In this document: positions 17,042-25,700 of the stretch, piece by piece
Layout: each line of letters starts with the position of its first letter
How positions within the stretch are numbered: the stretch's first letter is position 1
Source of the DNA: a virus
DNA length: 64,000 nucleotides
Virus record (IMG/VR): IMGVR_UViG_3300050343_000199
Span: 64,001 to 128,000 of that record
Reading direction: 5' to 3' (one strand)
The notes under the pieces: generated by a model
The model's input: only the letters and a program-made list of their open reading frames with translations
Told to the model about the DNA's origin: nothing
Databases searched by the model: none
Translations under genes and position numbers: made by a program

Positions 17042-17205
17042 GTGTCATAATCAGTTTGTTCAATTCTACCATCATTATATAAAATGTCAAGGAACTTACT
17101 CCAATACTCTTGCTTTGCAGGTATGTTACCACGTAATTCGGGATGCCATACCTTAAGCATCTTTCGGCAGATCCATACTGCCTCCTTCTTTGTTAGGTAT
17201 TCCAT
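17014..17205 (-). CDS. Hypothetical protein
   Basis: 63-aa ORF in a chain of overlapping minus-strand ORFs. Confidence 0.6.
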   Translation of the reverse strand: MEYLTKKEAVWICRKMLKVWHPELRGNIPAKQEYWSKFLDILYNDGRIEQTDYDTWLCPFKLN

Positions 17206-17350
17206 AGTTGTGAATAAAATAGAGAAAACTTTTGAGTGAACGTTTGATACTCAAACTCTTTTTAATCTCCAACCAATCTTGATACTCTTGTTCTAGAGTA
17301 TCAATCAGGGGAATCTTCGCTACAAAGGGCTTTGATTTTGTTGATGTCAT
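17153..17350 (-). CDS. Hypothetical protein
   Basis: 65-aa ORF. EQEYQDWLEIKKSL. Confidence 0.55.
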   Translation of the reverse strand: MTSTKSKPFVAKIPLIDTLEQEYQDWLEIKKSLSIKRSLKSFLYFIHNYGIPNKEGGSMDLPKDA

Positions 17351-17427
17351 ACAGAATCTTCTCTGCTAGCGCGTGATCTTTCTTGTTTTCCGCTTCCATG
17401 TACAATAGTATCAATTCCTTGATTTGT

Positions 17428-17655
17428 TCATCCATGTTGGAGCGATTTGTAGAGTTCTGCGAGCTCATCTTCGTTGTAAAACAAAGTTTGCTCGTTTATG
17501 TAGCCCTCTGGATCCATCCATTCAAACCACTCATCTGCAAAATGCAGTGCATCATCAACACGATCATCTGCAATTAGTTCACGAAAGCGAGTCATCATCC
17601 ATTCACAAATGTCATCGCGTTGTTCGGATATCCGAAGAGCATCAACGTTATTCAT
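17428..17655 (-). CDS. Conserved cyanophage hypothetical protein
   Basis: DDALHFADEWFEWMDP motif. Confidence 0.7.
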   Translation of the reverse strand: MNNVDALRISEQRDDICEWMMTRFRELIADDRVDDALHFADEWFEWMDPEGYINEQTLFYNEDELAELYKSLQHG

Positions 17656-17945
17656 AGTTTGATAAGAGTCAGTTTGTTGTTGAGGTGATCGTAAGAGACA
17701 AATTTAACGTCTTTAGGCAAAGATTGCATCAATGCCTTGGTAAATTCTAGAGTGTAGTGACCATGATAACGCCAGAAGCGTCTGTATTCGTCTGTGAGGG
17801 GTTCTGCAGTGGTTGTGACAGGTACACTGTACTCACCTCTGCTATAATGCGTTGGAAGCGGTTTTAAGAGGGTCTTGATATCTGCTACAATTAATGGAGC
17901 AGCATGTTGGGGTTTCGTCTTAGTATATCGGGACAAGTAAATCAT
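17652..17945 (-). CDS. Hypothetical protein
   Basis: 97 aa, ATGA-coupled. Confidence 0.65.
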   Translation of the reverse strand: MIYLSRYTKTKPQHAAPLIVADIKTLLKPLPTHYSRGEYSVPVTTTAEPLTDEYRRFWRYHGHYTLEFTKALMQSLPKDVKFVSYDHLNNKLTLIKL

Positions 17946-18172
17946 TTGACGAAGACCTCCTGAAGTTGTTCTTGAGATAGTTGTTGTGCTTGTTTGAGTA
18001 GATTACACATGTGTGCAACATACTCAACATCCTCTTCATCTGGACTGAATTCATAAGAACCAGACCAATCCACACTGCCGTCATCATTAACAGCAGCACC
18101 AAACATATAACCGTCATCTTCAATGGCAAATGCATTACCATCAGCAACGAGATAGAACAGGGGAGCAGACAT
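17942..18172 (-). CDS. Acidic hypothetical protein
   Basis: 76 aa, first gene after a consensus promoter. Confidence 0.7.
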   Translation of the reverse strand: MSAPLFYLVADGNAFAIEDDGYMFGAAVNDDGSVDWSGSYEFSPDEEDVEYVAHMCNLLKQAQQLSQEQLQEVFVK

Positions 18173-18194
18173 GAGATAAGATCGGATGAACTAC

Positions 18195-18223
18195 AGTATA
18201 CTATGTATGAAGTGGGATGTCAA
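18195..18223 (-). promoter_or_regulatory. Consensus sigma70 promoter
   Basis: TTGACA-17-TATACT. Confidence 0.85.
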
Positions 18224-18678
18224 CCGGTGTAACCAGCATTGCGATAGAGGTAACCACCGGCCCAGTCAGCGTTTTCAAGCATAAACTCACGCTCTTTGAT
18301 GATCAACATGTTGAAACGAACACCTTTGGCAGGTGCTTTAATTGATGCTGGTTTGTATACTTCACCAGTGGTCTTGTTCACGAAAGCATGAACACTACGA
18401 TTACCACCATCAGTAGTCATCATGACCTTGTGATACTTGCGTCCAGTGTCAACAGTAAACTGATACGTACCAATGTTACGCTTCAGGTCCGCAATCTTCT
18501 GCTCATGATACTCTCTGTTCACAGCAGATGCTAAGAAGAACTCTTGACGACGGATGCTTTCCTTCACAAAGTCCTGCTCAAGTGCTTGACAGAGTGCAAA
18601 TGTATGACCCAAGATCGCTTGTGCGATGTCGTTACGTGCCTCAGCAGATGCAGCGTAGTCAGCGAAGGTGGTGGTCAT
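18220..18678 (-). CDS. Conserved early phage protein
   Basis: TGRKYHKV...SVHAFVNKTTGEVYKPASIKAPAKGVRFN...ADWAGGYLY. Confidence 0.8.
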   Translation of the reverse strand: MTTTFADYAASAEARNDIAQAILGHTFALCQALEQDFVKESIRRQEFFLASAVNREYHEQKIADLKRNIGTYQFTVDTGRKYHKVMMTTDGGNRSVHAFVNKTTGEVYKPASIKAPAKGVRFNMLIIKEREFMLENADWAGGYLYRNAGYTG

Positions 18679-18704
18679 TGGGTGGTTCCCTTTGGTATGA
18701 ATAT

Positions 18705-18763
18705 AGTATAGGCTGGATCAGAGCAGATCCAATGCCTCCTGTGACAGTTCTTCAGTCGCACAC
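18705..18763 (-). promoter_or_regulatory. Early promoter with palindromic box
   Basis: TATACT at 18705-18710. tgtgaca-N10-cgcacac at 18740-18763. Confidence 0.7.
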
Positions 18764-18879
18764 TTGCGCCAGTCTTGATTTTGTCTGGTATAGTCTGCAA
18801 AGTTGTTTACTGCATCATCATTGATCTCATCAATTTGCTCTAGAAGCCAACGATCAAGCATTACTTCAGAAATAGACAT
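18718..18879 (-). CDS. Small acidic protein (53 aa)
   Basis: Read manually: MSISEVMLDRWLLEQIDEINDD... Confidence 0.6.
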   Translation of the reverse strand: MSISEVMLDRWLLEQIDEINDDAVNNFADYTRQNQDWRKCATEELSQEALDLL

Positions 18880-19025
18880 TAGTTAAAATTAATAGTGATT
18901 TGTTCAAATTCAAGATGATCACAGCATGTGTCATCATCATGTAGATCAATCATGTCAGTGTCAACATGACTGAATAGTTTATCAAATAGGTCGTTAACGA
19001 ACTCTTGATTGGATTGTTGAGTCAT
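18879..19025 (-). CDS. Small acidic protein (48 aa)
   Basis: Read manually: MTQQSNQEFVNDLFDKLFSHVDTDMIDLHDDDTCCDHLEFEQITINFN*. Confidence 0.6.
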   Translation of the reverse strand: MTQQSNQEFVNDLFDKLFSHVDTDMIDLHDDDTCCDHLEFEQITINFN

Positions 19026-19128
19026 AGTAGTTCATCATTTTTGAATCACGCTCTGCTAAGAATAGCAGGTAGCATGTGAGAGCAACAACGGTAAAGATAC
19101 CGCCTAGGAGATACTGAGTTACTTTCAT
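18994..19128 (-). CDS. Small single-TM protein (44 aa)
   Basis: MKVTQYLLGGIFTVVALTCYLLFLAERD... Confidence 0.6.
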   Translation of the reverse strand: MKVTQYLLGGIFTVVALTCYLLFLAERDSKMMNYYDSTIQSRVR

Positions 19129-19286
19129 TAGTTGTCTTCACCAAACATTTCGTTGAATAAGTTGCGACCATCGTAGTCTGTGTTACGCTCACGATTGGCA
19201 TATGCTTCCATGCGTTGGCGAGCAGTGTACTCATCAACGTTGTAGGGCAGGTAAAGCATGGTGCCGTTGGGGAGTTGCTTGAGCAT
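19128..19286 (-). CDS. Small hypothetical protein (52 aa)
   Basis: MLKQLPNGTMLYLPYNVDEYTARQRMEAYANRE...; first gene after a promoter. Confidence 0.6.
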   Translation of the reverse strand: MLKQLPNGTMLYLPYNVDEYTARQRMEAYANRERNTDYDGRNLFNEMFGEDN

Positions 19287-19308
19287 GGTGTTGGTTGCTT
19301 ATGTGCTT

Positions 19309-19367
19309 ATTATAGGGTCATTCCTCCACCTGAAGCGCGTACCTGTGCCACTTCTCTAAGTGGTCAT
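19309..19367 (-). promoter_or_regulatory. Early promoter with palindromic box
   Basis: TATAAT at 19309-19314. tgtgcca-N10-tggtcat at 19344-19367. Confidence 0.75.
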
Positions 19368-19482
19368 ACAGAAACGCATCATCAACATGCTTATGGTATA
19401 CATGGTCTTTAGGATACTTCATCATCATATCCATTACAAATTTCATTTGTTCCGCAGTGAACGGAACTCTTACAATATTCAT
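19318..19482 (-). CDS. Small hypothetical protein (54 aa)
   Basis: MNIVRVPFTAEQMKFVMDMMMKYP... Confidence 0.55.
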   Translation of the reverse strand: MNIVRVPFTAEQMKFVMDMMMKYPKDHVYHKHVDDAFLYDHLEKWHRYALQVEE

Positions 19483-19640
19483 TCTCCTAATACGGGGATA
19501 ACATCTACAGTACTCACATTAGGATCTTCTTGAATGTTTTTTACTAAATGCAATACATCAGCATCATTGAACAATACAACAGATTGTCTACTACGATATC
19601 CTTTTTGCTTGCTTCTCCACCATTCAACACGGTATTTCAC
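19479..19640 (-). CDS. Small hypothetical protein (53 aa, GTG start)
   Basis: VKYRVEWWRSKQKGYRSRQSVVLF...; coupled to both neighbours. Confidence 0.55.
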   Translation of the reverse strand: MKYRVEWWRSKQKGYRSRQSVVLFNDADVLHLVKNIQEDPNVSTVDVIPVLGE

Positions 19641-19975
19641 AATGAAGATCCTCGCTGGAATTTAGTAACGTCACCAAGGGTAATATGAGCAGCATAACCA
19701 TATGATGTACTACCATCATCGTTGTATACAGGATCCTCTTGCTTGATATCTTTTCTATAGTATGCATCAGTATTAAAATCTTGATCAAGTGACATCAAGC
19801 ATCTCAACTCTTCTGCACGATTTGCTACTCTACCATGTAGATCAATCACATCCTGGATACAAGATATAATCTCTTCATACGCTTGTCGTGCTGATACTTT
19901 ATCATCGTGGAGATAATCATCAATCGCATCTTGCATACGAAATTTGCGTTGGTGCTCATAAGATCCTTCTTGCAT
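19637..19975 (-). CDS. Hypothetical protein
   Basis: Likely start MQEGSYEH, overlapping the upstream TAA. Confidence 0.65.
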   Translation of the reverse strand: MQEGSYEHQRKFRMQDAIDDYLHDDKVSARQAYEEIISCIQDVIDLHGRVANRAEELRCLMSLDQDFNTDAYYRKDIKQEDPVYNDDGSTSYGYAAHITLGDVTKFQRGSSL

Positions 19976-20166
19976 TAGTTGAACTCCTGTTGACGACGTT
20001 GTTGTAGGTATTGAAGAATGTCTTGTCTCCACTCCATTAATTCATTGAAACATTCTTGATTGTGAGCACATGACCGAAGTCTATTGTCAGGCTTCAATAC
20101 ACTCTCGTAAAACAAACCGAATGCATCCTTACGCTTTTGCTGCTTCAAATCATAATACTCAGACAT
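19975..20166 (-). CDS. Conserved cyanophage hypothetical protein
   Basis: KDAFGLFYESVLKPDNRLRSCAHNQECFNELMEWR. Confidence 0.75.
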   Translation of the reverse strand: MSEYYDLKQQKRKDAFGLFYESVLKPDNRLRSCAHNQECFNELMEWRQDILQYLQQRRQQEFN

Positions 20167-20200
20167 AGTGCCCCTAGAACTGGTGTAATTATAGCATACT

Positions 20201-20521
20201 TTAACTTAAAAAGTTAAGTATTGATGGTCTAAATGGTTTGAGTATCTGCATAGCAGTATAAACTCTGGTATCATTTATATCTACTTCCGCACCTATTTTA
20301 TTACAGTTGATGGGGGCATGGTAAGTGTGCGTAGTGCTTCTCTTCGTTCGCTTGAACTTGATGAATCCCCAGATGGTACGAATAGGACTATCAGTAGTAT
20401 AAGCATAACTTTGAGTGTTACAAAGCCATATAGCAACCACATTACGTTTGAAATCCTGACAATCATAGTAACAGTGCTCGGGTGCTTTATGTGGAAAATC
20501 TGAGGGTAGTTCTATCATCAA
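20201..20521 (-). CDS. Conserved cyanophage hypothetical protein
   Basis: FPHKAP...KRNVVAIWL...TIWGF...YHAPIN. Confidence 0.75.
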   Translation of the reverse strand: MMIELPSDFPHKAPEHCYYDCQDFKRNVVAIWLCNTQSYAYTTDSPIRTIWGFIKFKRTKRSTTHTYHAPINCNKIGAEVDINDTRVYTAMQILKPFRPSILNFLS

Positions 20522-20763
20522 CCCACTGCCATCGGAGCATACTCAGAGCGTGGCATCTGCTCTACGTTGTAGTTAGTTACCTCAGCACCGTTAGCGATAC
20601 GCTCTGCCCACTCATTACGTGCTGTGAGCATGGTGACAGTGCTGTAGGACTTGAGACCGTTAGCATTCCAGGTGACACGCTTCTGGAAACGCTTGACGCC
20701 CTCGTCAGCGATGAATGCTTCAGGGAAGAAGTCAACTGTGGTGACGAGTGTAGTGAGTTGCAT
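20518..20763 (-). CDS. Conserved early protein
   Basis: VDFFPEAFIADEGVKRFQKRVTW. Confidence 0.75.
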   Translation of the reverse strand: MQLTTLVTTVDFFPEAFIADEGVKRFQKRVTWNANGLKSYSTVTMLTARNEWAERIANGAEVTNYNVEQMPRSEYAPMAVG

Positions 20764-20836
20764 GTTAAGGAAAGAAAGGTTTGCTAGTCCCTAGGAGACT
20801 AGCGCGTGACGTGGAAGGTCTCCCCTCCACTCATCT

Positions 20837-20894
20837 AATATACACGGTTATGGGATGCTGTGCTGGTTTGGTGGACAGTTCAGCAACTGGTTCA
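20837..20894 (-). promoter_or_regulatory. Early promoter with palindromic box
   Basis: TATATT at 20837-20842. gtggaca-N10-tggttca at 20871-20894. Confidence 0.65.
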
Positions 20895-21152
20895 TTCAAA
20901 AACTGGTATGATTCGTTCACGCATCTCTTTCAACTGCTGTGGATCATTACCATACTCACCCATATGCATGAAAACACAATCAATGTATCGTAAATTATTA
21001 CGTTCAGCATCAAGGACAAAGGAATCACAATACCTTAAGATATCTGGAGGTACTTCTAAATTCTGATAGTCGTAATCAATAGTCATAGTTAATAAGTTTT
21101 TTGTAAAATGGATCACATATTTTGTATTGACCTTTAATGTGACTCTTACCAA
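20892..21152 (-). CDS. Hypothetical protein
   Basis: Probable start at internal MTIDYDY. LRYIDCVFMHMGEYGND. Confidence 0.6.
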   Translation of the reverse strand: MVRVTLKVNTKYVIHFTKNLLTMTIDYDYQNLEVPPDILRYCDSFVLDAERNNLRYIDCVFMHMGEYGNDPQQLKEMRERIIPVFE

Positions 21153-21678
21153 TAAGATCTTTATTGATATAGTGTACAGTCAATGATGGATGATCAATCC
21201 AGTCTTTATATGTCCATGATGCAGATCGTACATATTGATTGCCTCCCTCTTCACATTTCTTTCGTATTTGTGAATCAAGTTTGTGTGCTACTGCATCAAT
21301 AGTAAACTCTACAACGTAATGTAGTATGCCATGAACAAACAAACCATGAATAATAGGAAGATTGACATCAGTATCCTTGTCATATCTTGCTCTAGTATAA
21401 TCATTGAAGCACCCGCTACCATTAGTAGTCTTATTAGTGTAGTTCTTTGGTTTAATCTCTTTCTCTATGTTAGTCCCGATTTGGATTGCATCTCTGCCAA
21501 GCTTACCAGGAAGAGGGTTACATCCAGCAACACGAGCAACAATATGCTCACGCAAAGTGGAACTATTAGAGTCGTTGATGTAGACTTCATACAATTCCTC
21601 AAAAAGATCACATTCTGTTTGTGTGGGATGACCTAGTGCTCGGTCAGTTGCAAGTGAAATTAATTGCTCGGAGAACAT
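21076..21678 (-). CDS. Putative PD-(D/E)XK (restriction endonuclease-like) nuclease
   Basis: KLGRD-(9 aa)-EIK pattern. Likely start MFSEQ at 21678, after the promoter. Confidence 0.5.
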   Translation of the reverse strand: MFSEQLISLATDRALGHPTQTECDLFEELYEVYINDSNSSTLREHIVARVAGCNPLPGKLGRDAIQIGTNIEKEIKPKNYTNKTTNGSGCFNDYTRARYDKDTDVNLPIIHGLFVHGILHYVVEFTIDAVAHKLDSQIRKKCEEGGNQYVRSASWTYKDWIDHPSLTVHYINKDLIGKSHIKGQYKICDPFYKKLINYDY

Positions 21679-21700
21679 TGGATTGATGGACAACTCACAT

Positions 21701-21759
21701 AGTATGGCACATATGTTTGAGTATGTCAAGGTCACTGTGACAGTTATTAATCGTCCACT
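21701..21759 (-). promoter_or_regulatory. Early promoter with palindromic box
   Basis: TTGACA-17-CATACT. tgtgaca-N10-gtccact at 21736-21759. Confidence 0.8.
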
Positions 21760-21974
21760 GCATCAACCGACTCAATATCGCACACCGGCACTTCATGCTC
21801 ACCACCAATCATGTACCAGTGCATTAACTGTCCATGATATTCGGGATGTGCAACGTATTGTGTAGTATACTCACGTTCACCACAATACAACAACTCACTC
21901 TCAGGAATACAATGCTCTTTCAACATTGCTTGCAGTTGCATATGCTGCAATTCTACTTTTGATGGTACTTTCAT
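21747..21974 (-). CDS. Conserved cyanophage hypothetical protein
   Basis: HMQLQAMLKEH...HWYMIGGEHEVPVCDI. Confidence 0.7.
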   Translation of the reverse strand: MKVPSKVELQHMQLQAMLKEHCIPESELLYCGEREYTTQYVAHPEYHGQLMHWYMIGGEHEVPVCDIESVDAVDD

Positions 21975-22731
21975 AATAATTAGTCTCAGTAAGAGATTTA
22001 ATTGTAAGATAGTTTGCTATTTTGTCTCTGAATAACTTAAGATAATGTCTAGTAGTAGGCATGAACTGATTATCTGTTGTAAGATATTCTACATCAGGAA
22101 AATCTACTGAGTATACTTTACTATAAAACTCAGGTGAGATTGGAAATTTAACAATATCTGCATTTGTAGAGAACTCAGTCTGATCTGTTATATCTCTCAA
22201 TTTTTGTCTATATGTAATATATTTTGCTTTATCAGCATCATTTAATTGAGAGTCTGGTGCTAGTGCCCAATCAGTCTCACTTAATAGAAAATTGCGGGCA
22301 AGTCTAATAGTGAGAGGTGATACTGAAGATGTTTTAGCATACATTCTAGCGAGTTCTTGATTGAACTCTTGATCTTCTAATGAATCAATCAGATAATATG
22401 ATTCAACTAATTTATCTTTTACTGCTTTACCTTCATCAGTTGAAAGTTGCTCCATTTCATAGTCAACCCATTCAAATTTAGAGGTAGAAAAATTCTTTCT
22501 ATATCTTCTACGTTTAGCATAATATGTGTCATTGGTAAACCAATTAAACAAGATCAACTTATCCTTATCACTATCCCATAAAGGATAAAGAAAAGGAAGC
22601 AGGGTATCTTTCCAATAACTCTCAGGAATTACCTTTGCCGTACCATTGTATGTAATTTCCTGATTTACCGTGTCAAGTTGTACTTGTAACACTGGTATGT
22701 CAGCCGAGTTCTGCGTTGACATGTTGTTCAA
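21901..22731 (-). CDS. Tail fibre assembly chaperone-like protein
   Basis: RLARNFLLSETDWALAPDSQL...YRQKLRDITDQ is the phage tail assembly chaperone motif; follows tail fibre genes. Confidence 0.75.
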   Translation of the reverse strand: MNNMSTQNSADIPVLQVQLDTVNQEITYNGTAKVIPESYWKDTLLPFLYPLWDSDKDKLILFNWFTNDTYYAKRRRYRKNFSTSKFEWVDYEMEQLSTDEGKAVKDKLVESYYLIDSLEDQEFNQELARMYAKTSSVSPLTIRLARNFLLSETDWALAPDSQLNDADKAKYITYRQKLRDITDQTEFSTNADIVKFPISPEFYSKVYSVDFPDVEYLTTDNQFMPTTRHYLKLFRDKIANYLTIKSLTETNYYESTIKSRIAAYATASNVERALYS

Positions 22732-22746
22732 TTATAGTCTCCAATA

Positions 22747-22753
22747 TATTTAG
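22747..22753 (-). promoter_or_regulatory. Late promoter CTAAATA
   Basis: Overlaps the tail fibre stop codon, upstream of the chaperone. Confidence 0.55.
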
Positions 22754-25700
22754 AAAGCTTTGATAAGGTACTTACATAATCTGTACGGTACAAGCAGAGG
22801 AATATTAAAATCTGGATCTAATGATACGATTGGTTCAACTTTAGTAGTTGACTTCATCGTAAGTTTAGCATCACTAGCATTTAATCCAGAACTATATGTA
22901 ATTCCAGGTCCAGTTTGACCTTGTACTGTATATGTAAGACTATCAACAGCAGGTTTTGAGATAGCACCAGCAGTTGGTACAAAAATTAATTCGGTTACTT
23001 TCTCTTTCCAATAAATTACCTCAGAAATACCATAATGGTCAGTGTTATCTGCATTATCATTAGCACTATTAGCATTTGCTCGTTGCTGTTCAAATTTAAT
23101 CTTAACACCATCTTGTTTTGCTGATGCTGGTAATGCAACACTATAAGTATACCATTTTGTATTTCCTCCAGTACCATCCCACGTACTATTAATTGATGGA
23201 ACAGTTCCAATTAAAGGATCCGTTCTACTGGCGTTTGGATTGATAATAGTATCAATCAAATTCCATGTTTCAGATCCATTCAATTGATAGTAAACTTTCA
23301 GTGTTTCTTCTGGTTTATTACCACCATTTGAATCGTTTCCTCTTGCTGCTTTTATGGAAATATAATTTACTTGAGTGCAATCTGTTGGTTTAACTACAGC
23401 AAATCTCGTTTTACTAGTCTTTCCATTTACTCCACCAAATTTCAAGAATGACTCAATTTGACTAGAACTATTTGGAATTAAAGTTAAATCTGAAACTATT
23501 CCAGCATTTTGATCTACTTGTGCAGCTATAATAGTTCCAGCAGAACTACCATTTAAGACATATGCATATGGTTGTTCAGTATATCCACTACCTCCACTAG
23601 TTAGAGAAACATTATTTACTGTGCCATTTGCAGAAGTGGTACATGTAGCAGTTGCACCTGTTCCACCACCGCCTATGATCTTAACAATTGGTGTTTCAGT
23701 TGGTTTCTTGAAGTTTCCAGTAACACCACTACCATCACCGAAATCATAAACATTTACATCCCAATCATCTGCATCTGCAGATCCAGATTCAAATACATCA
23801 CCAATACTAACAGTTGTTGTTCCACCTTCCCATCCGGTAACAACTCCTAATCCAACTTTAACATATCCTGTGCCACCATTAGCAACACCACCACCAGGTG
23901 ATGATCCTCCAGATCCAACAGTGATTGCAGCAGATGCAGGATTACCTAATGCATCCCATCCAGTAACACCATTCCATACTCCAGCACCACCGCCACCACC
24001 GCCACCAGGTGTCCAATAATCATTATTATATGTTATGTTTAAAGATGCATAACCATTTCCACTAGATCCTTGAGATTGTTGAGCAGCAGTAAAATAATCG
24101 TTTCTAAGAGAACTTGTTCCTGTCATTCCTCCGCCACCACCTTGGTGACCACCGTTACCACCAGGAGCACCGCCCGGACCACCAGGAGCACCACCACCAC
24201 TACCACCAGGAGTAGTAAATCCATTACGGGCAGCACCGCCACCGCCGCCGCCTCCACCGCCGCCAACGCAACCGTAATTACCACCTTTACCACCTGATCC
24301 AGGTCCTAGTGCTTGAGATCCTTGCTGCAATCCCACAGGAGATAATCCATTCTGTCCCGGTCCACCATCGTTACCGTCAGCACCAGCACCGCCACCGCCG
24401 CCAGCACCAATTACTAACTGAGATCCTCGGTATAACAATGTGGCACCGCCGCCGCCTGCTCCACCTTTGTTACCATCACCTGTACCACCCTGCTTTCCAC
24501 TAGCACCATTAGAATTACTACCACCACTACCAGGACTATTACCACCGTTGCTACCTTTACTGCCAATACTTACTGACCAACCCTGTTGAGTAAAATTACT
24601 AAGTCCATTAGATTTTATTTCTGCATTTATTAGAACTCCTCTATGACCAGATCTGCTATTATTAGCATTACCTCCTGCACCACCAGAAAGACTAAATCTA
24701 GCTGTCAGAATACCAGCAATTCCATTTAAACCACTAAATGAACCATTACTAGTCTTAGTTTGACTATATGTGCCACTTTGTCCTGTTACTTCTTTGTTTA
24801 CACCATTAGTTCCCACACCATATGGTGTAAATCCTAATAATCCACCAATACCGCCACCATTTGGGTTATTTGGATAATCTACTTTAGGAAATCCATTATT
24901 TGCTACTCCATTTTGTCCATCAGTTCCATCTAGACCATTAAACTTACCGCCGCCTTTAAGTCCTAATTTCTGAGTTCCACCTTTATCTCCACCAGAACCA
25001 CCAGACTGTCCAGATGCTGCTCCACCCTTTTCGCCACCGTCAGCAACTAAATGTACTCCACTACCATCACCAATTTTAAGACTACTAGCAGTTCCGTTGT
25101 TTCCTGCTGAAGTTCCATTAGCACCAGAACCACCACCACCAACTACAAGATATTGTAAAGATTCTGGAGATCCTGTAACTGTACTAAAATCAATAGAATA
25201 ACTACCAGGATTAGTAAATTCCCATACATTGGTATAATTAATAATTGGAGTTCCACCAGTAACGATATTTCTACCGCCAACTACAGAATTGGATGATAAT
25301 GTGTATGATATTGGATTAGGAATAAAAGTTTGAAACTCCCAAGATCCTGCACCTTGAGCACCAGATGCTAGATATGCTTGGTCTGGACCAGCAGCAGTAT
25401 CATCTTTTAAAGTACCTGCTCCACCTGCTCCACCATATGCATCAAACGCATCATAAGTTGCAACTGTGTTATCATCGTTTGGTCTTCTAAGTAATCCATG
25501 TTTATGAGTAAAGACTTGACCAGTTGTAGGATACCATCTTTGAACTCTACCCCTACCTTCTTTATAATCTTGTAAATATCTATCTCCACTCCCCTCTCTC
25601 ACCCATTGTGTTTGACCAGGAACACTATGAAAAACACTATGACTATGCTGAAAAACTCCAGGTAATTTAGAATCCTTCATTGTAACAGTTACATCTTGAC

